From Neoechinorhynchus agilis (Eukaryota > Animalia > Acanthocephala): a stretch of 64,000 nt of DNA. The notes under the pieces were generated by a model. It made no database searches. It had not been told where the DNA came from and saw only the letters and a list, made by a program, of their open reading frames with translations. Of this stretch, positions 48,210-59,405 are shown in pieces. Both the position numbers and the translations under genes were made by a program. Position 1 is the stretch's first letter. Each line of letters begins with the position of its first letter. Location of the stretch: NCBI GenBank assembly GCA_051530055.1, contig CM121342.1, positions 10,865,480 to 10,929,479 on the forward strand, given 5' to 3'.

Positions 48210-48575
48210 TTATCTATTGATGATTGTTTGATTGACAATCCGACTGAAAGAGAGAGATTTTATTGAAACACCTAGCTTTGGCCGTCCAACGGCTTCTTCA
48301 GGGTGCTAAGTGTTTAGTGTAAAACTTACTGACAATTACACCCTGAAGAAGCCGTTGGACGGCGAAAGCTAGGTGTTTCAATAAAATCTCTCTCTTTCAG
48401 TCGGATTGTCAATCAAACAATCATCAATAAATAAGGAACAGATAAACATTGAAGACATTATGTCGTTCCAAAATTTCAATAAAATCTCTCTCTTTCAGTC
48501 GGATTGTCAATCAAACAATCATCAATAAATAAGGAACAGATAAACATTGAAGACATTATGTCGTTCCAAAAGAGA
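48210..48575. repeat. Penelope-type pseudo-LTR cluster: inverted arms 48210-48305 and 48339-48434, plus a direct copy at 48475-48571
   Basis: About 96-bp inverted repeat; about 97-bp direct repeat (48376-48472 versus 48475-48571). Confidence 0.9.
48338..48376 (+). ncRNA. Minimal hammerhead ribozyme
   Basis: ACACC-CTGAAGA-A-GCCGT tgg ACGGC-GAAA-GCTA-GGTGT; stem III AGCU; CUA triplet. The inverted copy at 48268-48305 has CAAA instead of GAAA. Confidence 0.85.
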
Positions 48576-48797
48576 CGCGATCAGCAATCGAATATTCATG
48601 GCAGGGAAAGCACGTCGACCGAAGAAAGTATACAAAGAAAGCACATTAAAAGTTTCGGAAGTTCAATCGAAAAAGATAACATTTTCGATAAATTAGACAT
48701 TATAGTCTAAAATTATTATTTATTAGAGTACGAAAATTCGGAATGGCAGAAAAGGTTATGTATACCTTTTTTCTTTTTTTTACTTTTTTTTGCTATT

Positions 48798-48875
48798 GGC
48801 CCTTTTTTTGGGCGTTTAGAAAGTGTCTTCATTGAACTTCTTGGGATTGGTTGACAAACGCCCAAAAAAAGGGCC
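48798..48875. repeat. Perfect 20-bp inverted repeat with a 38-nt spacer
   Basis: ggccctttttttgggcgttt / aaacgcccaaaaaaagggcc. Confidence 0.9.
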
Positions 48876-51597
48876 TGAGGCCTTCAACGAAAAAACAAAA
48901 AAGTAAAATCAAGGAATTTAACCCGTCGAATAGAGAAACTGGATGCATAAAACACATCCCAATCGTCATACAGACTCCTAAATTCTTAATATATAAAGTA
49001 TGTATAACCCCTATGATCTTACTGGCTGTAGCATTTTTGTAAAGCTAGCATATTCCAGCCAATCGCAGCGCAATATAGCATGAAATCGAATATAATAACA
49101 AAAAAATGTCTTATAAACTTTCCTACGTATCGTAATTTTGATTTAAAACTGGCGAATTTAAACGCGTTAACAACGGGTAAAAACTTTAATCACCCATTTT
49201 ATTCAGCTCTAGAATTTCAGATTCAGCTTAAAGACCTGTTCTTTATATTATTTTTTGTTCAGAGCTAGGTTTTAGACATAACACAAATAGATAGAAATTA
49301 AGATCCTAAGACGGAATATACTAAAATTTCATATGAAATGGTGTAATTTGAAACAGATAAATCCTACGAAAGGAAGGGCAGTAACAACGCTTGATTGGGA
49401 GCAAAAATTCATGCATTGCATTGATTCTATACTGCACACATCTAACTGCAAGTACACAAGAGCCAAAACGCAACCGAAACAATTACGAGATATCAGTGAT
49501 TTCAACAATGTATCTTCACATCAGAACTTCGTTGTTGGGGTCTTAGGAAGTTATAGATGCACGATGCATTATATCTTTTCGAGTCGAAACAACCTATGCA
49601 GTCCGTTTGTCGATTAAGGCAATTGTTTTATAAAAAAGAGAACTTTATACAATCCATGTACACGATCATCAATACTAACAAACAAGAGTATTTACCGACT
49701 ATTAATGCGTGAAAATTTTCCTCAACATCTTATCGTGACCAAAAAGACAAAAATTCTACTTTTGCGACAGACATTTGTATCTCTTTGATAAGTCTTCTTG
49801 GAATCTAAGATCGAAGACTGATGTCTTCGTAACTGTGGATTTCACTTAAAACCCATCATTGATTATCAAATTCACATTTAATCTATTTTTAAATAAATTA
49901 TCAGGCATGCTTTTTTAATAAACCAGAACCAGTATTCTATGAATATTCAGTTCGGTTAAAAGGTGAAGCAAAAGGGCTTTCTGACAGTGCCAACGATGTT
50001 TTGAGAAAGCGGGCAAATGATATATTTGCAAACAGCTCATGGCATCGCAAATGAATAGATAAAAATGTGTCAAATGAAGAACTAATGCTTTTGGAAAGAA
50101 AAATTGCAAAGAAAATGAATAATTCCTGAACTCACGGAAAATCATAATCCGATAGACGCTTATAATTTGTCTGCATGTTCACATGTTGTCTTAAAGCTTT
50201 CCTGCGAAATTCGTTTGTCTTGTTTCCCGTTGCAGGTCTTTGATATGCACATCGAAGGTCGGAACGATTGAGTTTATTTTGAAAGCATTCGATTAAGAAA
50301 CCCAATAGTTTATAAAATCGTTAAGTTAAAGCAGCTTAGCTCTCTATACAATCCTTTTCTACGCGAAATGGATATCCACGTGCTTAAAAAATTCAAACAC
50401 GAATATGCAAGCCGAATAGACAAGTTTGATTCAGGACTTTGCAAACTTTTTATAGTTAACCTCACTTCTAAGTTGCTTTTATGCTCATTAAAAGTACGAC
50501 TAACCGATCAGAACAACATAGTGAAGAAATCAAACTTCAGATACATTCATTCGATTCAAACCAAATATGGATTCAGCGCTAGGTTCCGAACGTTATTAAA
50601 TTTTGAAGATAAAAGTGTAAAAAATTTAATCTCGACTTTGAAGATCTTTACGTAGTTCAATCGCCAACCGAGAAAGAGAGATAAATCTATACGATATTTG
50701 GAATTTACGTGTTAAATACAAAAAAATCCCATTGCATTCCTAATTCGGAATATTTAAAGAAAAATATCCAATATCATTTTATCAAGATTCAAAATCAATG
50801 CAGTCGTTTCTCATTTCCAGAAGTTTCTCTGATCTTATCCACTCGATTTGCGTGGGTTAAGAAAAGGGGTGGGATCGCCTAGGACTAAAAAGGAAGGGAT
50901 ATGCTGGCTGGATTAAAACGCCATGTACTCAAGCTCTTACATATTGATGCGTCCCACACCATGTAATGAAACAAAACTTTAGCTTAAGACTACCGGCCGT
51001 CGTCGTGATAAAAATCAATGAAAAACGACACACAACGCAGGGGTACTAGGGTACATTGGGTCAAAAATTTCCCAATGTTTTCGCTTTCGATTTCGCGACA
51101 AGGAGGGTAGCAGTCGGCCTTTTTTGGTCAACAATGTTTACGCTTTATGGATTCTGCATTGAAACCCACATTTTCGTTTTCTACAGTTTGTTGTGGTCAT
51201 TTCAACAAATGAAATATTCTTCTACGATGACTTTAAAGCATGTTGCTGCTTCATTTACAGCTCCATGGTTGAATTCGTTACCGTTGTAACGTAACACCGA
51301 TATCATAGAGAATTGTCGTCGGAGCGAATTTAATTGAAATCAGCGCATCAGGTACGCTCAAAATGTTTTATCATTTCGTAACAACTTTTAAGCACCTGAA
51401 GAGGTGAACACAACGTTCACGAAATATTTCTAATAATAATAATTATGTCAGTGCAAACTTATCCGGGGGTAACTAGTCGCCAAAAAACGGGTAACGCCGA
51501 TATTTTCGACTACTGGTGAACCAATCGCATAAAGTACCATTGGAGTGTTTATAATTAACTTTGGCAACACAGTCACTATTGATTATATAAAAGTATG

Positions 51598-52356
51598 CTA
51601 ATATATCGCTCTATCATAGTGTCGTGCATTTAACCTTGCGGCTATATACTCGTCTTCATCCAAAAGAAGATTAGCTTCACGCTCAACCATTTCCATTTCT
51701 CCTTCCTTCAAGTTCAATATTTCTTTCCATCCATCCCCAACATCTTTAGGAGATCGCTTAAGTCGTATCTCTGTAGCCCGTATAGCTACGGCCGTGAGGA
51801 ACTGACACCTTTGGAGAACACAAAGTTTTGTGAGAACGTAGATATCGTTGGCAGATCTTATTGCTTCATTGCAAAACTCCTCATCACACTCGTTAAAGCT
51901 GACAATGATGTTTGGTTGTGGATGGTCGATTTTTATGTTGCAGACCAAAATCCCCATCACTCGCCTTTCTGCTCGAATGAGAAGCTCAGCAACCTGAACT
52001 TCAGTGAGTTCATCAGTGGGCCGTACTTGAAGATACGCAATTGCCATTTTAGTTGACTTGATAGGATGATCTTCTGTTTTGCATGCCACGAAAAGACAAG
52101 CAGCGGGATACATAGCTCGTGGAGTAGAAACGCTTATGGGTCCCACGGTGAAAACCCTGTGCATCATAACTAAAGCCGTTGATATGCAAATCGATTCCGC
52201 TTTTAGAGTATCCGCTAGTTTTCTTATTATGTACACACCGAACGTCCGAATATTCGTGTCCGTGTAATCGTCAATATCAGCAGGGGAAAACAACCAATTG
52301 AAGGATTTATTAGGAAAATCGTCCAATGAAGTTTCTTCGTCTTTCTCAGAATCCAT
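51598..52356 (-). CDS. Divergent transcriptional cyclin (T/K/L-like), intronless
   Basis: WLFS; IRTFGVYII..LADTL; ISTALVMMHRVF; YPAACLFVACKTEDHP; AERRVMGILVCNIKIDHP. Confidence 0.8.
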   Translation of the reverse strand: MDSEKDEETSLDDFPNKSFNWLFSPADIDDYTDTNIRTFGVYIIRKLADTLKAESICISTALVMMHRVFTVGPISVSTPRAMYPAACLFVACKTEDHPIKSTKMAIAYLQVRPTDELTEVQVAELLIRAERRVMGILVCNIKIDHPQPNIIVSFNECDEEFCNEAIRSANDIYVLTKLCVLQRCQFLTAVAIRATEIRLKRSPKDVGDGWKEILNLKEGEMEMVEREANLLLDEDEYIAARLNARHYDRAIY

Positions 52357-53439
52357 CTTAAATACAAATACCATTCACGGGCAATCGCATCATATAATAC
52401 CGAGTCGATTCACCGATCTCTTGATCACCAACAGATCTATCGAAGATATGAAGCCCTCGGTGTAAAACCTTAAAATTTTTCCATTCGAGTAGAGTTAAGA
52501 GAATGTCTTAATTTTTCATAATGACGTCTCAATACCGATTAAATCTTAGGACTTGCAGCAAACTTTAAATTTTAAGCGCAAAAGTGGGAATCGGAACGTA
52601 GAAAGTGTAACAAAATTGTAGACGAGCGAAGCAATTTCGAACTAGACTTTTTTAACTTCAAAAAAGGGCGAAACAATGGGAACCCAGGGGATCCAACAGT
52701 CTATGCAAATCCACTGAATTTAACGACTTGAAGGCGTAGACGTATCTTAGGTTGAAAGAATCTTCTAGGACTTATAGCCTTTTGATTCAAGACACATCTA
52801 TTTTGTTCAAATCCCTTTATATTTTGAACTTACGTTGCAATGATTTCGATTAAGATCTCTTTTTAACTTATTTGTGAATCTTAATTGTTATTTGACCGAC
52901 AAATCCGAATTATGTTAGAGCTTTGAAAAGCCGCTTTGATCGCTTTGAACAAAAACAAAAACAATTGATGTTTTTCGAACGACGATTTTTTCCAATATAT
53001 CGCAGGTTCATTTTTATAGAAAAACCAAAATCCACCGACGGTGCCATATTATTGTGGTTGTCTGAGAAATTAATATGATTCGTGACTTTATTTAACAAAT
53101 TTAATATTTAAATGGACACATCGCACCACAAAGGTTGCCATTCCCCTCAAAGTCAACATATTTTGATGAAAAATGTTGATCAAGTCAAACAAAATACTGA
53201 TACAAATCGAATAGGAATTATCTTCCAAAATCAATCGTGTTGTTCTATAGCGATAGTTCATAAATCTCGATTCCAAACTTTCAATCCTAAATTTATTTTG
53301 AACGAGTTACAAACGGATTAAAACTGTGACTTTCATGGCTTTTCGTACCTACAGACATCCGTAATTTCCGGAAATAGAGAGATCGCCCTCCGCACACGAT
53401 GATGAACTATTTTACTGCCTTAGTCAATTGCACGGACAA

Positions 53440-55860
53440 GGATCGGAACCAATGGATATGGAAGGAGAGGAGGGTGGCGGAAAAAAGATCCAGTGGACCC
53501 GCAAGCAGACACAAACATCGATGAGCTGTCACACCATTGGGCGAAACGGTTTCCGAACCTGAATGAAGGTCCTCGTCGGTGTAGCAGATGCGGAAGGGGG
53601 CATAGCGCTCAGTCATGCCCAGCCAGAAACAAAATATGCTTTAAGTGTAAACGAAAGGGACATTTCCAGCACTGCTGCAGATCCAGACAGAGAGTAGATG
53701 CAATGGATGAACATTCTACGGATGAGGACGTTGCTATATCAAATGTGATCAATGCGGTCGAAGGGAACAAGGCTCCTACAATAAGCATAGAAATAAATTC
53801 GAAGCCGCTCACAATGGAGTACGACACCGGTGCTAGTGTGTCCGTTTTGACGATGAGCAATTGGAGGCGGATAGGGAGACCAAAATTGATAGCAACGAAA
53901 CCTTTGAAAGCTTATGGTGGAAAAACATTGCAGACGATGGGGAAGTGCTCAGTGCAGGTGAAGCTTAGCCAACAACAAAGGAGGTTAGAAGGTATCGTGG
54001 TCCGAAACGGACGGTACAGCCTTTTTGGTCGTCCATGGATTCAAGCCTTCAAAAAATATCCTGGACAAGAGAAGTGGTTCTAAACCTGAATCATGTGGAA
54101 GACGAGCTGAAAGAGAACGATCTTACGGTTCTGATGCAGATACTCAACAAACATCAGTCCGTATTTGGGAAATCGACTGCACCGGTAAACAATACCGAAA
54201 TAAAGATATCACTATCCCGAGATGCAGTCCCACGATATTGGAGTAGTAGACGGATTCCCTTGGCATCAAAGACCAAAGTGGAGCAAGAAATCGAGCGACA
54301 AGTGAAAGCCGATGTGCTGGAAAGAGTCGAAGCGCGAGACGGAGCTGTAGAATGGGCGGCTCCGATAGTTATTGCAAACAAGGCGAACGGAGACAAGGTT
54401 GTGCGGAGATTTCCGAGTCACGATCAATCCGTATCTTTCCGAGGATAGCTACTCCTTACCAACATGGGAAGAGATCACGAGCAAAACAGCCGGTGGACAG
54501 CGATATTCTGGATTGGACCTAAAGGATGCCTACCTGCAGCTGCCTGTGGAGCAAAGATCAAGAAAATATCTCACAGTGGCAACGCACAAAGGATATTTTC
54601 GATACAAACGACTTCCCTTCGGAATTAGCTCGGCTCCGGCCATTTTTCAAAGGTACATGGAGGAACTACTGAGTAATATCCCGGGGGTAGCTGTTTATCT
54701 GGATGATGTCGTAATCACCGGTTCGACCGAAAAAGATCATATTTCTAATCTGTCGCGGGTTTTCGAGAGGATGGAGCAAGTGGGATTGCGATTAAATCGT
54801 GCGAAATTCGTCTTTCTACAGGACGAAGTCGAATTCCTGGGTCACAACCGGCACCGTGATTACGTGCGGCCTAGTGCTACCAAGATCAACGCGATCCTAG
54901 CACTGCCACAACCAACGAATAAAGCTGAACTCATATCATTTCTGGGCACAGTTAATTTCCTAAACAAATTTCTGCCCGATTTGCTGTCAAAATGTCAATC
55001 ACTGTACGAACTGACTAATAAAGGTAAGGAATGAGATTGGCGCGACAAACATCAAGAAGCCTTATAAGAGGTTAGGAAATCGTTGACGTGTGCCCGAATT
55101 CTCAAAACTTTTCATCTGGACAGGAGAACTCAGCTCTGGTGCGATGCGAGTGAGAAAGGTCTCGGAGCTGTTCTAATGCAGACACAAGACGACGGAAAAC
55201 CGTATCCAATAGCTTATGCGTCCAGGACACTGAAAGGAGCTGAAAAGAACAATTCTCAAGTGGAAAAGGGGGATTAGCAATCATATTTGGTGTGCGAAGG
55301 TTCCATCAATATTTGACCGGGCTCAAGTTCACCGTGTACAGCGACCATAAGCCGCTGAAATACATCTTTGGTATGAATCGAAACTTGTCAAAAATGACCA
55401 ATCAGCGTCTTATTCGCTGGGGACTAGAATTGTCCCAAATACAATTATGACTTTGAGTTCGTACGAGGTGAAGATAATCAGCTGGCCGATACCCTGTCGC
55501 GGTTAACGTCTGATGCAGGGTCAAATGAGGAAATCGAGGTTCACCTGATCCAGGAGCTGCGGAACAGGAAGGACAGCGCACTCCACGTGAAGCTCCACGA
55601 TCGATGGTTGCTGCGCCGAAAAGAGGTTCCAGGGAACGAAGATCATTTCAGCGATATGATCCTTTCAAGATAAGGGAGAGAGAGGATGTGATGAAGGCGA
55701 TCGATAGATCGCGCCGACAGCGCTAGTGGACAGCAGTCGTACATGCGCGTATAGGGGGTTTTGGTGTGTTTTGAAGTTTTGTTTAGTGGCTATTAAAACT
55801 CTCCCGTTTCGAAACATGAGTGATAGCGATCCTAGTACCACAAGCAATACGAACACCACA
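53440..55860 (+). mobile_element. Ty3/Gypsy LTR retrotransposon remnant (gag knuckles, PR, RT, RNase H; no integrase or 5' LTR seen)
   Basis: CSRCGRGHSAQSC/CFKCKRKGHFQHC; EYDTGAS; RLCGDFR, LDLKDAYLQL, LPFGISSAPAIFQ, YLDD; WCDASEKGLGAVL; purine tract aagggagagagagga directly before the LTR. Confidence 0.92.
55687..55860 (+). repeat. Putative 3' LTR (174 bp)
   Basis: Begins TGTGATG, ends CACCACA (near-inverted termini), contains attaaa, follows the polypurine tract. Confidence 0.7.
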
Positions 55861-55964
55861 GTTTTCAAAAGACTGCGAATACTTCGACGATTATTAGGGA
55901 TTTGGTACCACCTTTAGAGGATATTTAGCCTGAAGTACTTAATGATTCTAAAATTACTGTAGCG

Positions 55965-56700
55965 CCTCCTACATGGCATATACCGACGACATCGTATTGA
56001 TGTCCTCAACAGTCGAAGGAGCTCAACGCATGCTAAATAGACTGTGCGAGAGGGCGAATATGATTGGTCTGACCATCAACTTGAAAAAGACGGAATTCTT
56101 GACGATTCCGCATGTCGCGCATGCAATCTCTGGCGAAGGGCCGAATGGCGTTGAGCAATTAAAACAGATAGAGCGGTATATCTATCTGGGAGCTGTCGTT
56201 CCTGAGGTGAGTGCGGATGTCAGCCGACGGAGAGCTATAGCTTGGAGAGCAATGGGACAACTTAAGCCACTGTTTGACAGTGAGTCTTTGCCAAATGAAC
56301 TGCGTTCGCAGCTGTTCAGGGCTCGAATTTAGAGCATTCTCTATTACAATGCAGAGACCTGGACAATGTCGCCAACGGCGACGAGGCAGTTGGACCAAAA
56401 TCATTTATCTCTCTTACGTGCGGCGTTCAAGGTCAGATGGTCAGATAAAGTGACCAACAAAGCACTGTATAAGTAAGCCGGAGTCCAACCGCCCAGTGAA
56501 TATTTGCGCCGCAGACGACTGCAGTTCACGGGCAATATAATTCGGTCCGAGGCATCTTGCCCACAGGTCGTGCAACAGCTTCTTTTTTTGGAAGCCAACG
56601 ACATTGTATCGTAAAGGCAAAGGGAACTGTCGTACATACGATGACCTGATTTTAAGAGACGCGAATTGTCCGCATAACAGGACTGCTGTCGTGTATTTTA
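55965..56700 (+). mobile_element. RTE-like LINE 3' fragment
   Basis: AYTDDIVL, GLTINLKKTEFL, YIYLGA, ILYYNAETW, LRRRRLQFTG. Confidence 0.82.
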
Positions 56701-57147
56701 GATCCGTTGCGGAGTCTAATTCTATACCTACGGTGCAACGTAGGAAAGTACCGTTGCATACAATACAATACCTTTAAAATCTACATCCTTAAACGCCTCT
56801 GCCACTTAGGTACGTTATCGATGTCTTCAGTAATTGAAACAACATTGAAAGTATGAGAACATTGCTCATTTTATTCAAATATTTAATTTTTAATTGGAGG
56901 TTCCCGTTTTAAGGAGATTTATCTTCCCCTTTGCGAGAATTACTTCGAATAAAAGACATTCGACTATACCGCGAAACTAAGTCACCAATTTACCGCTAAA
57001 TCAACTGCGCCTATAAATCACTAATCGCATTTCTGAAGATTTTTCTCTATGCATTAAATTCGCAAAACATTCTTTCAGAAATTATAAAAGACCTGCCTTG
57101 TTCAAAGAGGCTAATAAATTTATTGAACATATTTTCGGTGTTTACTA

Positions 57148-57669
57148 ATGTGGTTTCGACTTTATATTATCGATGGTCGAGGAAGGCTTCAATATTGCAC
57201 ATCACCGTCACGTCTTTTAGAAGGAAGAGAACCAATAATTGATGGCCATGCGAAGATTGAACTCCAATCGGACATTCTGGTTTATTCTTCCATTGAAAAG
57301 ATTGTCCAAGAAATTTGTCGATCGCGGAGCAATACTTTTTTTCCGAATTGCATTTCTTCTAAGGTTAACGATGTAAATGGCATTAGAGAAATCCGACTGA
57401 ATGTTTTTTTCGGCGTCGGAAGCTCAAGCTTTATTCTAGCCGTTGGAGGCAGCAATAATGCTCTCTCGACGGAATCCAGGACGTCGATTTTTCATCTAAT
57501 GGATTCCACATACGATGAAAATATTACAGTTAAATCCAGGGACCTACTCCATGAAGTCTATGAAAATTACTCGAAGTTGAAGCTCGATAATTCATTTGGC
57601 TCAATTATCGTCTGCCCAGCTTTCGATCAGAAAATCAGGACTGCTGCGCAACGATTTGGATTCCTGTAA
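57148..57669 (+). CDS. Divergent sedlin/TRAPPC2-like longin protein, intronless
   Basis: C-terminal LLHEVYENYSKL...PAFDQKIRTAAQRF resembles the sedlin C terminus; N-terminal beta strand LYIIDG. Confidence 0.5.
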   Translation: MWFRLYIIDGRGRLQYCTSPSRLLEGREPIIDGHAKIELQSDILVYSSIEKIVQEICRSRSNTFFPNCISSKVNDVNGIREIRLNVFFGVGSSSFILAVGGSNNALSTESRTSIFHLMDSTYDENITVKSRDLLHEVYENYSKLKLDNSFGSIIVCPAFDQKIRTAAQRFGFL

Positions 57670-58594
57670 ATAAAACGGAACACGAATGCAAGATCTTGAT
57701 GTCCCAAAAACGCCCAAAATGTTGTCGTGGTAAAATCATCGCTAAGGGTGACAAAATCCAAACACTGACTTAGATTTTAACTTGTACAATTAAAGTTCTT
57801 AGCACTCACACAGTGTAATAAAATGCATATCAATACTTTTGTTTTTCCTATACTTCGGCACAATATTGTGCAGTTCAAGCACAATTTAATCTTGAACCAT
57901 CAATACTCATTAAAGATAACAACGAGTCCAATGAATTCCGGATTATTACTTGCTCTGCACTATTAGCGAGAATTACTGACCAAGAAGTTTAAAAAACAGT
58001 GGAAATCCGCTAATTTAATAAATAATCGTGTTGTTTGTTGCTCCAACGAGGCCACGCAGGTGGATATTTCTTTAGGTGGTAACCAAGCGGCTGCTACACC
58101 GTACAGCGACGGTCAGAGAAGATCTTGCCCAATCCCAACAACAATGCGAGGTGCCGCCATTGTTTGGGGCAAAGGAGTAAACAAGAGTAACAATTGTGGA
58201 CATTGTCAAAAATGTCGATGTTGTTCGATAGGCATCAGTTCGGGCATAGATATAGCCACCAACGAATTGGAGATAGAAGCAACCCAGAATTATGTAAATT
58301 ACAATACAAAAACTAAAATATTTCAGATAACTGATGAGGCGAGACTTCCTCGCGAAATATCTCTCAATTCAATAAAATATTCTGTGTCTAAGTGTAGTCT
58401 TTTCCACGGCTATTTTTCCTTGGTTACACAGCCCACCGATCTGGGCCACGGAAGAGCATAAAATCACACTTAATACCCTGAACCATACGGGATTATGAGT
58501 TTATATTCGAGAAAATCAGCTGACAATGTAACAGATGATAAAAACATGCGGTTGAGCAAACCGATTTCGTCAGCTGAGTTTGTACATTTCGTAG

Positions 58595-58790
58595 TTGTGT
58601 AGAGGTGGCCCAGTGGACTCGTGCCCCGGATCACTGTTTCAGGGTCAAAGGGTTCGAATCCACTATTGTCAATGACGCACAACCAAAGGGGACGAAATAC
58701 CGCTGAAGGGAAGAAACTCACTGATGAGTCCCGCCTCCTGGAGGTATCTGAGGATCCGCAGAGATCTACGAACTCTTAACGTTTCATCCG
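58595..58790 (+). mobile_element. tRNA-derived SINE-like element (Pol III A and B boxes)
   Basis: A box TGGCCCAGTGG at 58606 and B box GGTTCGAATCC at 58651 (45-nt spacing, as T8 to G53 in tRNA); cloverleaf stems do not pair. The 3' boundary is a guess. Confidence 0.5.
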
Positions 58791-59405
58791 AGTTTAAGTG
58801 GTTACATCACTTCTCTGATGTAAAGCAAAGTTTCTCCGACCGCCGAAAGTGCTAATTCACATCAATATAAGAAAAAAGAAATGTTATATAATTCTAAAAA
58901 ATTAATATGCGTATTTTAGAGTTGGCTAAAAGTCACTGAACGACAAAAAAAGAACTCAGTTATTATCATTTATGCCTGTATCAGTGCGCGTGGATTATAC
59001 GTTAGTTCTTTGTCGAAATCAGCATTGCAAGTACAACGATTACGCTTTTGATAAGAGCTTCAGAATCAGCGACTAAAAGAATTCGCACTTATAATAATAA
59101 CACCTTTATTGTTAAAAAATACAAAGAATAGGAGGACTTGTGTAAATTTTTGTCCTCTTAAGCATTAAAGTTCACAGTTGTTCAAAAAAAGGCGTATCCG
59201 TTAGGATGGGAATATCCAGTCGAGGGATGTACGTTCTTGTGAGAGAGACGCAAGCTGAAGTTCATGAAGATAATGCAATTCCGAATCCTTCAAATGAAAA
59301 TAGAGATTTTCAGAAATAATCCTCTAACGTTTAATAATTCCTTATTTTTAACAAACTGTCTAATAAAAATGGATTTATTTTTTCTAGTGCACGCGGGCGC
59401 GATAT

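Noticed and set aside
48600-51550. Short ORFs in AT-rich DNA
   Set aside because: No motifs; treated as intergenic or unrecognizably decayed sequence.
58599-58671. Functional tRNA gene
   Set aside because: Acceptor and T stems mostly do not pair, and there is no valid anticodon loop.
58060-58721. Protein-coding gene from ORFs 58060-58461 (+) and 58470-58721 (-)
   Set aside because: No recognizable domain or consistent exon chain; overlaps the Pol III boxes and ribozyme-like motifs.
58687-58732. Active type II hammerhead
   Set aside because: No NUH triplet compatible with stem III, and no stem I.
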